From Perkinsus olseni (lineage: Eukaryota), in contig JABANN010000188.1 of NCBI GenBank assembly GCA_013115125.1, positions 1 through 55,134 on the forward strand: a stretch of 55,134 nucleotides of DNA, read 5' to 3'. The notes below the pieces were generated by a model. The model did not search any database, was not told the DNA's origin, and saw nothing but the letters and a program-made list of their open reading frames with translations. Of the stretch, positions 34,525 to 48,273 are shown piece by piece (position 1 is the first letter of the stretch; each line of letters begins with the position of its first letter). The position numbers and the translations under genes were made by a program.

Positions 34525-34888
34525 CGTCAATAAATAAATAAGTAACAGTGCGGATACTGAACTGAGAACAGCATTCGGGCCAGTAATTATACCCCATAAC
34601 TATTAATAACGATATACTGGTAATAATATTAACCCCTGCCATTAATCAAACTTTTATATATCGAACACCGGATTATATTTTATCAATGTCCACAATACCT
34701 CTCTGGTATGGTATTTATCCCTACTGCCCGTAATAGAACAGAGAAAAGACTCCCAAGTAGCGACAATAGGAGGTCTACTGGCACACGAATGAGCAACTCA
34801 GCGTCTTGTAATCAACAGTGCTTTTTCCGAAGGACTGACCCCGATCTTACGCGCGCCACCCAACGGCAACACTAGCGGCTCGGAAACA

Positions 34889-36381
34889 TCATCGATCGCG
34901 CTGCGCTCGGTCGGGCCCGGCCTTGCGTATGACCACAAAGCGCGGCATATCCCTCAAGTCCGGCACGACCTCCTGCAGATGCAACCTCGTAGCATGATAC
35001 CGAGCGATGTACTCCTCGACCAGGCCATGCTGCTCGGCTTCCGCATAGACCTCCATCCACAGCAGTCCGCCGGGCTTCAATGCAACTGAGGCTACATCCA
35101 GTACCTGACGAAGAGATCAGCCTGTAGGGGCTCCTCGTCAGACGGGGCGGATCTCCCATTCGTACCTGCCGCATGATATCCATGCCTTTCACGCCCCCGT
35201 CCAGAGCTAAGATGTCTTCGTGATTCTTCACTGTGCGCGAAAGATTCTCAATAGTGGCGGTCGGAATATAGGGTGGATTGGAGACAATCATATCGTAGGA
35301 GTTTTCGGCGAACTCCTGGTCACCGATGGCGCCCACCAGGAACGACAGGCGCTCATCAACCCCATAACGCACCGCATTTTCCCGTGCCAGGCTCATCGCT
35401 CGTTCAGAGGCATCAACCAGGTCCACCCTGACAGAAGGGCAGCACTAAGATGCTTGAAGACGCGCTGTGGTGCATAACCGAGCGATGCAACGCATACCAC
35501 CGTCACAAATACACGTGACCGTGATGAACCCTATCTCGAAGTCTCGAAGCTTTTCCCGGCTCACCTACTATCAGCCCATTCAGTCGCCAGCGCTATACCA
35601 ATAACGCCGCTCCCACTGCAGAGGTCCAATGCGAGCCTTGTGGCCGGTGGGCGGGACTCGAGGATGCGCTCAACCATGAGCTCCGTTTCCGGCCGTGGTA
35701 TGAGAGTAGGCGGCCTCACACAGAAGTCTTTCAGATGCAGAAAGTCAACGTGACCTGACCAGAAGCCGCCTGCTGCTGCCACCATTTGCCACACGCCCGA
35801 TGAATCCGCCTCCGCCACACAAAGCAACGACGTGAGATTCCCTCACACTCCGGAGGCTTGTAGACCATAATGGCATTCGGAATGACTGACGCACTTTCAA
35901 GTCCGTCTGTACACGATGCATTGGAGGCTACTCTGGTAAGCCATACCGCAATGGGCACAAACTATTGTGGAGCTCTCTCACCCACAAGGTACTGGTAGGG
36001 AGTCCAGCGCAGGGCGCGACTCCGAACAGCTTCTCGCAATCGCCGCCTCTCTCGAATGCTCTCCTTCAACCATCTCAAGCAAGCTGTCTCCTCGTCCAAC
36101 GTTTCCTGCCAGCACCGAATATTTCCAGTTCATGCCGAGCGGGGCGAGCATGGGCACAGCCCAAAACCCTCCAATAGCGCATCTCCACTCCCCTGTGTAG
36201 CTCCAAAGATGAAAGCGACTACCTCATTGCCCAAGGGACTCACCTTCCTCTGGACGGCTGTGTAGCGATGAGCCAGCAGGAAGCTCTTGCCAGTGCAGTA
36301 CGGGAAGATACGTCGCTGGTGAGAGCCCCGGGCAAGAGCCCATAATTGGGACCGAGCTCCCCAACGAGAAGGGTGAGGCAT
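34889..36381 (-). CDS. HEMK1: Release-factor N5-glutamine methyltransferase, HemK/PrmC family (probably organellar), multi-exon
   Basis: VRPPTLIPRPETELMVE, LDLCSGSGVIG, IVSNPPYIP, ALDGG..G and LKPGG.L. Arg-rich, acid-free N-terminus from ATG 36381. Confidence 0.9.
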
Positions 36382-36593
36382 CTGGGAAACACGGCGTTCG
36401 ACTACCAACAAAAAAGGAAAGTTTTCCCGTCCTCCCAGCTTCGCTCCGCTGCTGAATTGACTACTGCGAACAAGACGGTCGTATTTCGAGTACGTGTAGT
36501 AGTAAACGAAGGAACGTAAACTGACGTGGATAGCTCAGCCGCGGAGGCATCGCTATTAATAATCCTGGTAAACAACAGCTGCTATTGCCATCA

Positions 36594-39500
36594 CTAAGCG
36601 TGAAACTTCTCCAAGAGACTCTCGCCCGATACAGCCTCGACTTCAGCCAACATAAGTCGAGTGGCTCGCTCAACCTGACACCAATCATTGGTCATTGACG
36701 AAGCCTTGCAGTGCTCACCTCAGCATTCTCATCCTCCAGTAGCTCTCCAGCGTAGACCGACACCTCCGACATGCCGACCAGCAGTGGGCCACCAACAGCC
36801 TGACCATCAACACTCAGACTACGCACTATGGGGGAGATCTCACCTTCCACAGCTCGGTAACGGCCCGGAGTAGTGCCAGCTTGACTTGGGCTGAGGGCTC
36901 CATACGGCACGGCCGCAGCAGGTCGGATAACAAGTACTTGACCTATAAGAGAACCATGATCTTCCCAGTATCTCGGTGGTCCTCATCCCACCTGGTTGTC
37001 AGTAGCACAACGCTTGCCGATGGCAATGACAGCCAGACTGAGTGCACTCTGGGCCTCTGCCGTGTAGGCGGGCGGCCAGTACTTAGCCGACGCAGAGCAG
37101 TTAGCCACGGCATCAATGATGGCCTCGAAGGTCTCACCATCCGAAGATACCTCCGATGTGACGTTAGACACCGCCGCGACCAAGCTGAGGACGAACACAC
37201 CGTAGAGCCAGGAGCGAAGTACAGCATGAGATAGCTCATGGAAGCCAGCGCCAAACTTTACGCTCAACACCCATCCTACTTGAGAGCCTCCTGCATCAGG
37301 TCGAACCACCACGGGCGACTCTCCTGAGCAGCCTCCTCTCCCGACTTCCTCTTCTTGCTGCTCTTCTTAGACGCGCTCGCCTGCTCGTTGCACTTCTTGA
37401 AGACCTGCGTGAACGAAAATGGACTAAAAATGCAGCGGAGCGAAGCTCACTCACCTCGAGAATCTCTCCAGACATCAGCTGAAGTACTGCAACACCAATC
37501 TCCTGGCCGCCTCTGTTACAGAGCTCCGCAGCCAAGGTGAGCCAGATAGCCGTCTGAGGGGCCTTGTGGCCATCCTCCGACAGCCAGCCTCCGCGCTTCA
37601 TCGCTTTGCCCAGCGTCTTGATGACAGCACCAACATCAGCCAGGCGCATATGCAAGCATGCCTGAAGGGGAGTACATGTGGACACTCGAGCAGCGAAGGC
37701 AGTGAGGCACCTCGCTGAGGGCCTGGACGGTGAGCCCAGCCAATGCCTCTGAGCCCCAGCCGAACTCTGCGTCGCACCATCGGACTTCTCGTCGTGCTGG
37801 GGGTACCACAACATGCGTGGATTGCACAACAGCCACGACGCGGCTGAGGAGGCGGGCGAGAGGGTCATGGATGGCGCTCATCACCCGGATGTCAGCCGAA
37901 GTACGGGAAAACAGGTACCTGGCAATGAGCATGTCGCACAAGACAGCCGTGGCTAACTCACCCCAGCAGCGACATAAGCTTCTGAAGGCGGAAGATATCC
38001 TTATCGCTGGGCGCCGCATGCTTGGGACCACAGGCCTCGATAATCAGCGACTTCACAGATTCCATCATAGTCGCCACGGGTTGAGACCTGAGTAGAAATC
38101 CTCGCAGTGCTAGCACGCGATGAGAAGATACGCTTTTCCGACTCCACCCATAATCAACCTCCGGATACCAACCAAGCCAGTCGAAAAGGTGCACCCATCA
38201 CCCCAGAGAGATATACGTTCGCGGCAGTTCTTAGCGCAACTCTATCATGCATCACCGCAGCCCTACTACCTGGCCAGACGCTGTGCTGTCATCTGCAGCA
38301 GGTGAGAGAGATCCTTGCTGGACTCGCTCAGGGCCTCACCAATTGGTGTCAGTTCCCACTCGGGAGAGACACCTACCACACCACGCATTAACCAGCCATC
38401 AAGCTACCACGGCGTAGTCTCACATAGCCTGAAGACAGACTTGGTCTCGGGGCCGAAGTACTGACCACAAGCGCCAGTGATCTCGAAGAGGCACTGGGCG
38501 GTGGGCTGCAGCTGTGCTGAGTCCTTCCCCTTCACGGACAGAACCGCGATCAAGGACGGCAGGAGCACGCTCAAATACGAAAGGGATGACGCACCTGGGG
38601 AGCGAAGGGGCATTCCCCCGAGCGAAGCAGGCGTATCTTGGCCTTACCCATGCGCTTGACGAGAATGGTCGTAGCCCTGCATAGCTGAGCATTGGCGAGG
38701 GGCAGCTCTCCAGAGGCTAGAGGCTCACTGCTGCCGACCAATTTAGTGACCCGGTCCTTCAACGCCGCCAGACTCAAAGCACTGCAGAGGCCTCTCAAGA
38801 CGGACCAGAGGGAGTCAGCCATTACAGCGTCTGAAGCACAGCATAGGGGGGAGGTATCATCAGTACAACTCCAAGCTCACCCTCACGGCTGGCCCTCTCA
38901 ATAACAGCATCAATACACTCTTCCTGCATCGGTGCGGGGATGGAAAGATACTGCTGCTGCCAGGACCTACCATCGACCTAAGATTTTCTGCGACCTACAG
39001 ACAGTACTACCCAGTGGCGCTCTCCTCAATGGCATCGGCCATCTGCGTGAACAGCGCTGGCTGTTTAGACGGATCCTTGATCAGAGCTGTCAGTGTCGCT
39101 ATGATGCGGTCAGCATCCAAGGCAAGGAGGAGGGCACCTGACCAGGACACCGAGTCAAAAGGGCGGCCCTCCCGAGGACCACACTGCTAGACAGGAACAA
39201 TAAAGAGAACCGTGCTCAAAAAACTACGAGCAAGGTAATCGCTCCGCTCGCGTCACTAAGATGCTCGAGAGGGCGGTGTACTCACCAGCAGCTTCGATGG
39301 CGCGAGAGCGCGTCTGAGCAGCCTTTTTGCTCTTCGCGTTGCCAGTAACGCTGTGAAGGGCCAACAACAGAGACGCATATTGCTCGGGGGTTCCCTCTGG
39401 GGCTCCCAAGTTCATCAGAGTCAACACCACAGCCGACACCTGCCAGCGACCTCAGCCGAGATTCCCAATAGACTCTCATCCTTACCACTCTAGTAGACAC

Positions 39501-42500
39501 AGTATGGTACTGTACAGCAGCCGTACTAACGAAGGTCGACTCTCCCTTGAAAAGGGCTCGGGCCGTCTCTAGGGCCTACACACCACTAATAGTCAGCAGC
39601 GCTCTGTCAGTCTAGGCCGTTCCACCTGAGTCATCGCCGTTATATCCAATGGGAGCACATCACCACTGATCCAGGTCTCAACATCTTCGCGAGGAGCATC
39701 AGCCGCCAACAGCAGCACCTGAGAATCCACGACACTGCCCCCCCCAGCCGAGTCACGCACAACTAGTTACTACCAAGGCTGCACCATTAGCATTGAGGCC
39801 TCTTGCTAGCTCACAGATAACAGAAGAAGGCAGGCGGGCCGACTCCTGTGGAGCGGAGAGCAGGGCGTCCAAGACCTCAGCAGCCGAGTTGCCTACATCT
39901 CGATGAGCGTGACATTCAGTTACACCCTATCCTGCTATTACTACCCTCTCCAACGATCGACTTCACAATCGTCTTCAACTGTTCTATCTGTGGACCCTCG
40001 AGAGGCGCCTTGATCTGGCCGAGAGTCTCCCTCAATAGGTCGACAGTCTTGATGGCCCCACACAGTCCAAGGGCGGCCGAGAGCTGCTGCTTATTGGCAG
40101 CGGCCCTCAGGACCACGGGCTTGACAATCGCCAAGTCAGCCTTCTGGCATACGTTGCCAAGAATAGACAGGCAGACCAGATCCAAGGCCTCCTCACGAGC
40201 CTTCTCACCCGAGAGCAACCTAGGAGGGAACACCGTCTGAAGGAGGCCGCTTTCCTCCAAGAAGGCCGCCCACTCACCCACACAGCGGCTTGACCAGGGC
40301 CTTTCGCGCAACCTCTCTGTCGGTGGCTGAGAGTTCAGTGGTCTGCTGGAACAGAGCCTCGCCAGCCAGAACAGCATTCACCGCCTCTCCGCCCGAAATC
40401 AATGGAAGGAGGGTCGAGGCCAAAACCTGCCGGAACGCTCAAACCACGCATACTGAAACAGGCTACTACCTTCACGGAGATGCCATCAGCGTGTGTCAAG
40501 AAGCGAACGGCACCCGGGCCCGGGAGGGTGGCACAAGTGGCACGCTCCACTAACTTCTCCAACTGCTTGGGCTTTAGTCTCGAACCAGCATTGGCCATCA
40601 CCCCAAGAAGGTCATCCGAGATGCCAGCGCCGGCGGCACCGACTACAGTATCAGCGAACTTCCCAACGACCCTGTCGTCCTCGCATTTCGCCAGGGCGTC
40701 GCCCAGAGCGGCAACTGCGGCTCCAGTAGCGCTGGGGACAGCACCGTTGTGCAGAAGAGACTTCGAGTCCACCATGCGGAGCAGGTCCATACACTGTCCC
40801 TGAAGATCGGCACCTGAAGGAAAGTCATCACTGCCTGGTAGACAGCCTCCCACCCCCCTATTACCGACTGCTCCAGAAGCCTCCAAAATCCAGCGGATAA
40901 GGCCACCGTTGGCAGCGACTATCTCCCTGACAACCGCTGTAGAGCCCACAGCATCGGCCTCCCGCTCAGCAAGCGCCTTCCTCAGAGCTGCGTACGCCTT
41001 CCCTTCAATACTCCTCTCAACTCCCCTATTCACCAACAACCATGGATCCTCATTAGAGGCCGCTGGAGCCTTCGTCCTGGACACTATTTCCGACTGGGCG
41101 AAGGACCTCATGTGCTTGCTTGCATCATCAGAGCCCAGTACGAGGAGGCAAGCCAAGAAGAGAGCGTTGTCATTAGCCTTGGACCCGACCCGTTCCGTGT
41201 ACATTCGGAAAGCCTTCAAGTTGTGCTGCCTCACCGCCAAGGACAACAGCACCGGACGCTTCTCTGCACCCTTCACAGCACTCTTCGCCATCTCCTTGCA
41301 AGCAGGGTTGTTAATCATCAGCCCGACAAGCTTTTCAACGTCACCGTCCTCGGTGGTGGCAGAGGCCAACTTGGCGTAAACGGAAGCGTCCACGGACTTA
41401 TCGAGGCCGAGGCTCTCGATCGCCTCCAGGACCTCGTGTGCTGTCGGCGCTCCACTATCAGCCTCCACACATGCCTGGATGAGCGCAGCAGCGCCGGCTG
41501 CACCACCCGGGTAGGTCTCCTCGCTGTCGGGCATGACGGGTGTGGTGATCTCCGGTTTATCGCCCCGCACAACCTTCACAGCGATCACGGCGGCAGTGGC
41601 CTCCTCGGCCAGCAGAGAGAGCACGGCGTCAACTTCCTCGATTACACGCTCGTCAACGGCGACAACCTGATTCGAGCTAAGACCCTCAAGACCGTACGCC
41701 ATCCCTACTACCTCTTCCCAGTACTGCTTGGGTGTGATGCGCTCCCTCGACGGCAAAAGCCTCCTCAGCAGCCCCTCCAAGGCTACTCGCTTCACCTCGC
41801 CTGAGACGGCCTCCCAAACCCATTCAGCCTCGAGAATCTTCTTTCTAATGACGTGGGAGGGCTCCACTCCGAGACGTTCCACCACCAGCCCAGCCACAGC
41901 CTTGGCCTCGCCGCCAGAGGTGCTGTCCCGATCCACAAGCTGCGCGATAGCCTCCTCCCGAGCCGATGCCGAAGTAGTGGAGAGATGGCGGAGTAGTTGA
42001 GCATCCAGTACATGACCACCAGGCAACATTGCTTCAACCTCCTTAACGCACTTATGCTTGAGAGCACAGCGGCTAACAGCGACAGGGAAGTTGTCGTACA
42101 GCTGAGGTAGTATCTATCGTAAGGGCAGAGAGTGAGGCGGGTTACTCTGATAGCTCCTACGGTTTACCTCGGCCACGTGAGATTCCTCAGGGCCATTGGC
42201 AATGATGGCCACTGCAGAGTCACAGACACACAAGGCAGCCGCAGAGGAGGCGCCGAGCAGCCAGGTTGAAGAGGCGACAGCCGACAAGAATGACGACTCG
42301 CAGAAGGGCAGCACGAGGCCGCTCAGTACAAGCGTCCAGCCCCTTGACTTGCCTATGGCCTCTAGGACCTGATGACAGATGAACCATCACTGCCAAAGGG
42401 CCAGAGTAAGGCTTGCCTGTTCCGAGTGGGCATCGAAGCGAGCATCGAGCTCCCTGGCGACCTTGACCCAGAAGTTGCCTTGCCTCGCCGAGAACCTCAG

Positions 42501-43818
42501 CCCGAGGGCTAGGATGTCAACCACATCCTGCAAAGCGATATGCTGTCAACACCGGAAACACAGCGACGAGGCTTACTGAGAATGCTGGGAGAGGAGCATG
42601 CTTCACTGCCCTCGCGAGGACACTGCAGAGATCACCATCTGTAAAGCTCGAGCCTGTGGAGAGCAACAATACTGGGCCATTCCGTCCAGACCAAAGAGAA
42701 AGGAGCATCGTAACTCCACGTGAAGATTCCCCATCCTACTGGCAATGAGGGGTATGAGCATGGTGACGGCAAGAGAGAAGGCCTGGCGGTCGGTAGAGCC
42801 CTTCTTGATGGCAGTTGTGATTAGAGGGAACAGTGCCGGGGCTAGGTCGAACGTGAACTTGTGAGATTCCGCTAAGGCCTCCAAGAACACCTAAGCAACC
42901 AGTCGCCGCTGCCTCGAGCAGTGTGTCAATTGGTACCATGTTGATAGTGGTCAATAATGGGCGGTTGACTATCCCGCGCTTCAGAGTCTTGCGAGTGTAG
43001 TCGCAGAGGGTACGCCACAGGGAGGAGGACGTTCCTGTAAGGGGCGGACCAAATGACCGGACACCCGACTTTTCTCGCCCTTACTGGCCATGTGAACAAG
43101 ATGTTGTCTCTTGAGAGGCTCCCCGGTCTTGCGCACTTTAGCGAGGAAGATCCACTGGGAGCCGTCACCCCACTTGACGATCTTGGTGAGGCGGGCAAAT
43201 ACTGGGCTATCATGGAACCTAACCGCCAACAGGCCTGGACCATCCCACAAGCCCCCCTGAGGGCACTACGGTATTCCAGCCAGCAGTAGGGCATCCGTAT
43301 TGTACGTTTGAATATCATAGCGACTGATCTGAACAGCAGAAGGCAATGGCCGTTGCAGCAGATCCGCACACGACATACCAACAATTCGAGGCAGGTTTGT
43401 CCTTGGTCAGTGAGAAGGTGCTTGGACAAGTGCATGAGTAGCTTCTCGATGGTATCGTTGAGTTCATCGTTCTCCTCAGTAGTGAGGAAGTCTCTGCCTT
43501 TATAGCCTTCCTTCTCGACCTCAAAGAGCCCAGCAAACTCCTCTAGAGAAGGGTCCTGGGCTACTAGGTCTTGGAAACAGGACAGCTGAACAGTCAGAAT
43601 CCTACGACCTCCCCATGAGCCGTCCTACCGCGGCCTCGGCAGTGGCTTGGGGCTCCACCGACCTCGCTTCGCGCCAGTCGTAAAGGAAAGATACCTAGTG
43701 GAGTCCAAGTGGAGCAGTTCGACAGTACTGGCAGCGGTACCTTCCCATGCTTGGGTTGTTGCGATATGTTATGCTTCGCCTTGAAGGCTTGAAGTTGGCG
43801 AAGAAGCTCCGCGGACAT
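36594..43818 (-). CDS. UTP10: U3 snoRNA-associated protein 10 / HEATR1 (HEAT-repeat SSU processome component), multi-exon
   Basis: N-terminus MSAELLRQLQ...SFLYD. Characteristic C-terminus ELLEDENAE|VERATRLMLAEVEAVSGESLLEKFHA*. Long helical Ala/Leu-rich body including ORF 40335-42029. Confidence 0.85.
42369..42416 (-). other. Non-canonical GC-AG intron (48 nt) in UTP10
   Basis: CAG|GCAAGC...TCATCAG|GTC. Removing it keeps the frame (DAHSEQ|VLEAIGK); retaining it gives an in-frame TGA. Confidence 0.7.
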
Positions 43819-44580
43819 AGCGGCAGGAGTTACGCAATCCTAGCTCGACCACGGCCCTTCTTAATACGGACTTAACACGACACCATCCTCGCGCTTGGGA
43901 AAAAACAATAGCACGTGGGGGAGCTGCTGAGAGGCAAGGTCATACCAGTTGGCAGCATCAGTGGTGGTCTGTCTACCCAGGGGCCAGGAATGGGGTCATG
44001 ACGGGTGGCTTCTACTACCATCACTACAGGTAACACACCCGGTGGGCCTGGACTGCAACGGGGGACTCGAAAGAAGATGCAGAAAGGCGATGAGGGGAAC
44101 ACTGAGATGGGAGTTGGTAGAGTGACCTCAATGCTCTTCGATAGTTTTCGACTGGCACGCTCCGCTACGGAAGGAATCATAACCGCACAGGTTCGATCCC
44201 ACCCGAGAGACATTTCCGAAGCGTTTTGTTGTAACGCATTGGACGTTCGGGCGCACAGAGTAGAAATGCCACGCTATCTTTTATTGCTGATGAGAAAATA
44301 TTCCTTGCGAGATCACGTCCAGCCGCCGAAGAGATCCGTGTCATGCCCGCGGGGCCTTCGGAGACCAGAATCCAAAACCCGAACCCTCGGACATGCCCGC
44401 CTTGTGCAGTACCTGATGAAGGCGAGAAGTAGCTGGTCGGTGTACCGTTGCGAGTACGGGCTTGGACAGGATGCTAACGTAGCTCAACGTGCTCAGACTC
44501 ATCTTGAAGGAAGAGTCATAATGGCACTGTGATTACCTCTATAATAGGGGCCCTATTATCCGCAGGGGACGTGTGATAGC

Positions 44581-46010
44581 ATGGATTACAGGGAAGGAAG
44601 CTTCGTCGCTTCTGGCCAAAGGGTTGCTGCAGCGTACTCTCCTTTGGCCCATTAATGTCACTCACAGCCGAAGAGCTACCCTCCTTCAAGGAGAACGGAT
44701 TTCTCGTCAGAAAGGCATTCGCAGCGAAAGAGGAGGTACTCGAATTCAAGCCTCGCTGAGGTGGGTGTACTGGTACTACCTCAGGTGAAGGAGATGAAGG
44801 AGCAGATGGCTAAGCTGCTGGATGGTTGGAACCCGGAGGATAGCGTGGATAGTGTTTTCTCCACTGAGAGGGACCAGCATATCAACAATGAGTAGTGCTC
44901 CCCTATCCGAATCTCTCATGGCCAAGGCTCGACCCGCCAGGTACTTCACCGGGAGCGCGGATCATATCAGATTCTTTCTCGAGCCTGGCGCAGTCAACGA
45001 GAATGGCAAGGTGCTGCCCCGCTGGTGTGTCTCATTATTTTGACGCTGTCTTCGAATTCAGATAAGGTCGGACATTCCGAAGGCGGAGCTGGTCAATAAA
45101 GTTGGCCACTCGCTACATGTTGACGACCCTGTTTTCCGGAAGTGAGGCGCGGGCGGATCTGTTTCGTCTGTCATCATTACACTGAGCAGGTACAGCACAT
45201 CTCGGAAGGTTTCGGAAATGGTTCGGGACCTGGGCTATAAGGACCCTGTGCTGCCTCAGTCAATGTACGTCTCCGTTCTCTCGGTCAGGCATCCGTCAGA
45301 GAATGGCAGGTACATCTTCAAGCAGCCATTGATAGGCGGTGCGGTCACCAGCCACCAAGATTCGTCCTTTCTGCATACCACACCTAGACAGACTTGCTTG
45401 GGCATGTGGCTGGCGTTGGACCCCGCGACGCTGGAGGTATCGGTAGCCTCGCACCAGACTCGACCGATCTGTTGTCACCTCAGAATGGTTGCCTTTGGGT
45501 GAGACCAGGAAGCCATAGGGAGCCACTCAGACGAGTGTTCGCTCGGAGCACCGAGGAAGGCTCTCCTCACTTTGTGGATGTCAACATGGATATCAAGGGT
45601 AGAGACTGGGGGCCCCTCAGGCGGTGTGGATAGGTGTCGATCAGCATCACCTGCGGTGGCGTGGGAAGGGGAACTGCCGGCCAGCGAGGGGGAGGGTCTC
45701 AGAGCGAAGGGATTCATCCCTGTCGAGGTCGATGCAGGAGACCTTGTAGTCTTCCCTGGTAGTACGGCTGCATGCTTCGCCCCAGCTCGGTAGTCGAGCG
45801 AAATACAGGTACGATTGATCACCTGTCGCTGCCGAATACATCACCAAAGCAGAGGCACACGTAGGCCGCACTTGTAAGGAGGATTTGATGACGCTGTTAG
45901 CCAGGTATCAACTTCATCTTGTTGAAGGCCCCGCGGCTGGTATCACCTGGTCGAAGGAGAACTGGCTGCAGTATCCTGCAGGAAAGCCGTTCCCCTCTCT
46001 CAGAGCGTGA
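44581..46010 (+). CDS. PHYHD1: Phytanoyl-CoA dioxygenase domain protein (Fe/2-oxoglutarate oxygenase), multi-exon
   Basis: Spliced protein reads FKENGFLV...NKVGHSLH..DPVF...QSM|YIFKQPLIGGAVTSHQDSSFL...WLALDPATLE|NGCLWVRPGSH...DHLSLPNTS...YQLHLVEG...WSKENWLQ. HxD...H triad present. Start codon uncertain. Confidence 0.9.
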
Positions 46011-46528
46011 CCGCGCAGCCGGACTGGACGAAGTGGTCGTCGCATAGTTGATCACTATCATGTTATTAGTATCATCGTAATTATCATGTGTCAGCCACAC
46101 GGCAGTGAGCCAGTCAGACTCCCAAGTAGAAGTCAAGTCTTCGTGGGATTTAACCATCACTGCTGCAAAAGCACACAGGGATTAGCAAAACGGTGCTTAT
46201 TATTATTGAAGGACGCGTTAGTCATTTTCTTTCATCATGTGCCCTAGTTTTTGAGTGATATCAGAAAGCAGCTTCATGTCTCACCTCGTGCAGTCTCCGC
46301 GTTCAGTATATTTCACCGGGGGTTGGATCGCTGCAACTGTTAAGTTGTGCAACGTCTCCGGATGATAGCTCTCGACTTTGCCTGTGTCGACCGCTGGCCC
46401 GATCGGCTGAGGGCTCTCACAAATTGCTTTGGGTTCTCAATCGTTTGGTTTGGGTTCCATTTGATTAGGTCTGGAAGCGGTGTACGCCGTCTACAGCAGT
46501 TTTCTGATAAGCAAGGGTTATCGCTCTA

Positions 46529-48084
46529 ATGTGGTCCGATTGGCTGTACGGCTTCGGAGGCCTTTTCCTCATTATTGCTGCCATGAGCTACGCCTTTAAG
46601 CGTGGGAGGTAGTGCTGGCAGGCGTGGAAGGGTTCTCGCGGTAGCACTGGGTAGGTACCAGTCCGTGAAGGGTCTTCATGTATGCATACCCGGGGGCAGC
46701 TGTGGCATAGGTCTGGCAGTGGCCAAACGCTGTGCCTCGGAAGGGGCCAGGAAGGTGACAATTATTGGTAGGAAATGCCCTTCCTCTACTCTTGTTCTAC
46801 TGGCTTGCTGACCGTCGGGATGATGTGCGGAACTACACAGCTGGTGCATGTCAGCACGGCGACTGGAGGTCCTCGAGGAGGCTGCTGAGGAGATACAGGC
46901 TGTCAACTCCGAGTGCGAAGTGGCCGCAGTGAGCTGTGACATTACCGATCCGAAGAAGGTCGACCGAATGTATCATTTACGGTCCACGGCTTTGGGGAAA
47001 TGGTTCGCATGTCTCCTCTAGGTTTGAAAAGGATATAGACGCAGACTCAATAGACTGGCTGGTCAACTGTGCTGGGATGTCCCTTCCCGGCCTGGCGGAG
47101 GAGACCTCAGTCAAGGATATTATGGCCGAGCTCAATATCAACTATCTAGGTGAGTAGCCGTGCGATTCTGGTGGTGGTGGCGAGATCCGAGAATGTATGG
47201 CTCGCCGACGAGCGTTTTCGGAATCAAGTCTGAGAAGGCTTGGCTCGGAGGGATCTCGTATTGGGCAATCTCCACGTCGAGGGCTCAGGGTACTGGTTTA
47301 AATTCAGGGTCGGTATTCATGGCTCGCAAAGTTTTGCCGTCCATGAAGGAGAAGGGCCGTGGTCGCATCGCCTTCGTCAGTAGCCAGGCGGCCCAGATCG
47401 GCGTGTACGGCTTCGCCAGGTAAAAGAGGCGGGGGGCTTCAGTTATCTCTTACTGGTATCGCGATGTCGCTCAGCTACTCGGGATCTAAGTTTGCTATCC
47501 GTGGCTACGCAGAGACGCTGAGGCAGGAGACCGAGGTCCATAATGTGCAGGTGCGTGAGAAAGGCCAAACGCTCTTCGGGAAAATGAAGAAAGCGGAGCG
47601 AAGTTTTGTGTCTTGCTCAGGTTTCTATTATATACCCACCAGACACCAGAACTCCTGGCTTCGAGCGTGAGAATACTAGGAAGCCTGAGATCACCAAGTT
47701 GATATCCTCTACGAGCGGCCTAGTGGAGCCAGAGACCGTGGCCAAAGCGGTGGTCGATGGGGTGGGTTCTACATTCACTTCCACTGACTGGCGCACGGTA
47801 GTGATCTCCTCAGGTCTCTCGAGGTGACTTTAATATTTGGTGTGGCTTTGAAGGCTTCGGTTTATCCCAAATCTCAGCCGGTGAGCATCGAGGGAATCGG
47901 TTTTTGTCCCAGCCTTATGCCGTCAGGTATGACACCGCCCAACTCCCTCCTCCATGGTGTATTCCAAGCGATCAGTGCTAGCCTGTTGAAGCTGATATCG
48001 TTCTTCGTGGTTATGCAACTGGACTGGGTGGTCGGGGCTAACGAGAAGAAGCCGTACAAGAGGCCGGTCACGAAGTTGGAGTGA
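46529..48084 (+). CDS. KDSR: 3-ketodihydrosphingosine reductase (SDR family), multi-exon
   Basis: N-terminal TM helix, GGSCGIG, LVNCAG, NYLG, VSSQAAQIGVYGF, YSGSK and PPDTRTPGFERENTRKPE, plus a C-terminal hydrophobic segment. Confidence 0.9.
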
Positions 48085-48273
48085 TGATGATTATGATGCA
48101 AAATTCGTTGTATTAGCTCACCCTTCCCGGTGGCTACAGCCTGTCCACTAATCTTCCAGTGAAGGGAGCCTTTTCTCGTTTTTGATTTGTTACTTAGTCA
48201 ATGACCTCGGGGTCGATACTGGCATCTCACAAGTCTGCATCCGTACGCCGTTCCAGCGTACGCCGCGTTGCTT

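Noticed and set aside
34525-34730. AT-rich patch as a possible mitochondrial insertion (also 15730-15870)
   Set aside because: Translations show no cox1, cox3 or cob-like sequence. More simply UTR or intergenic DNA.
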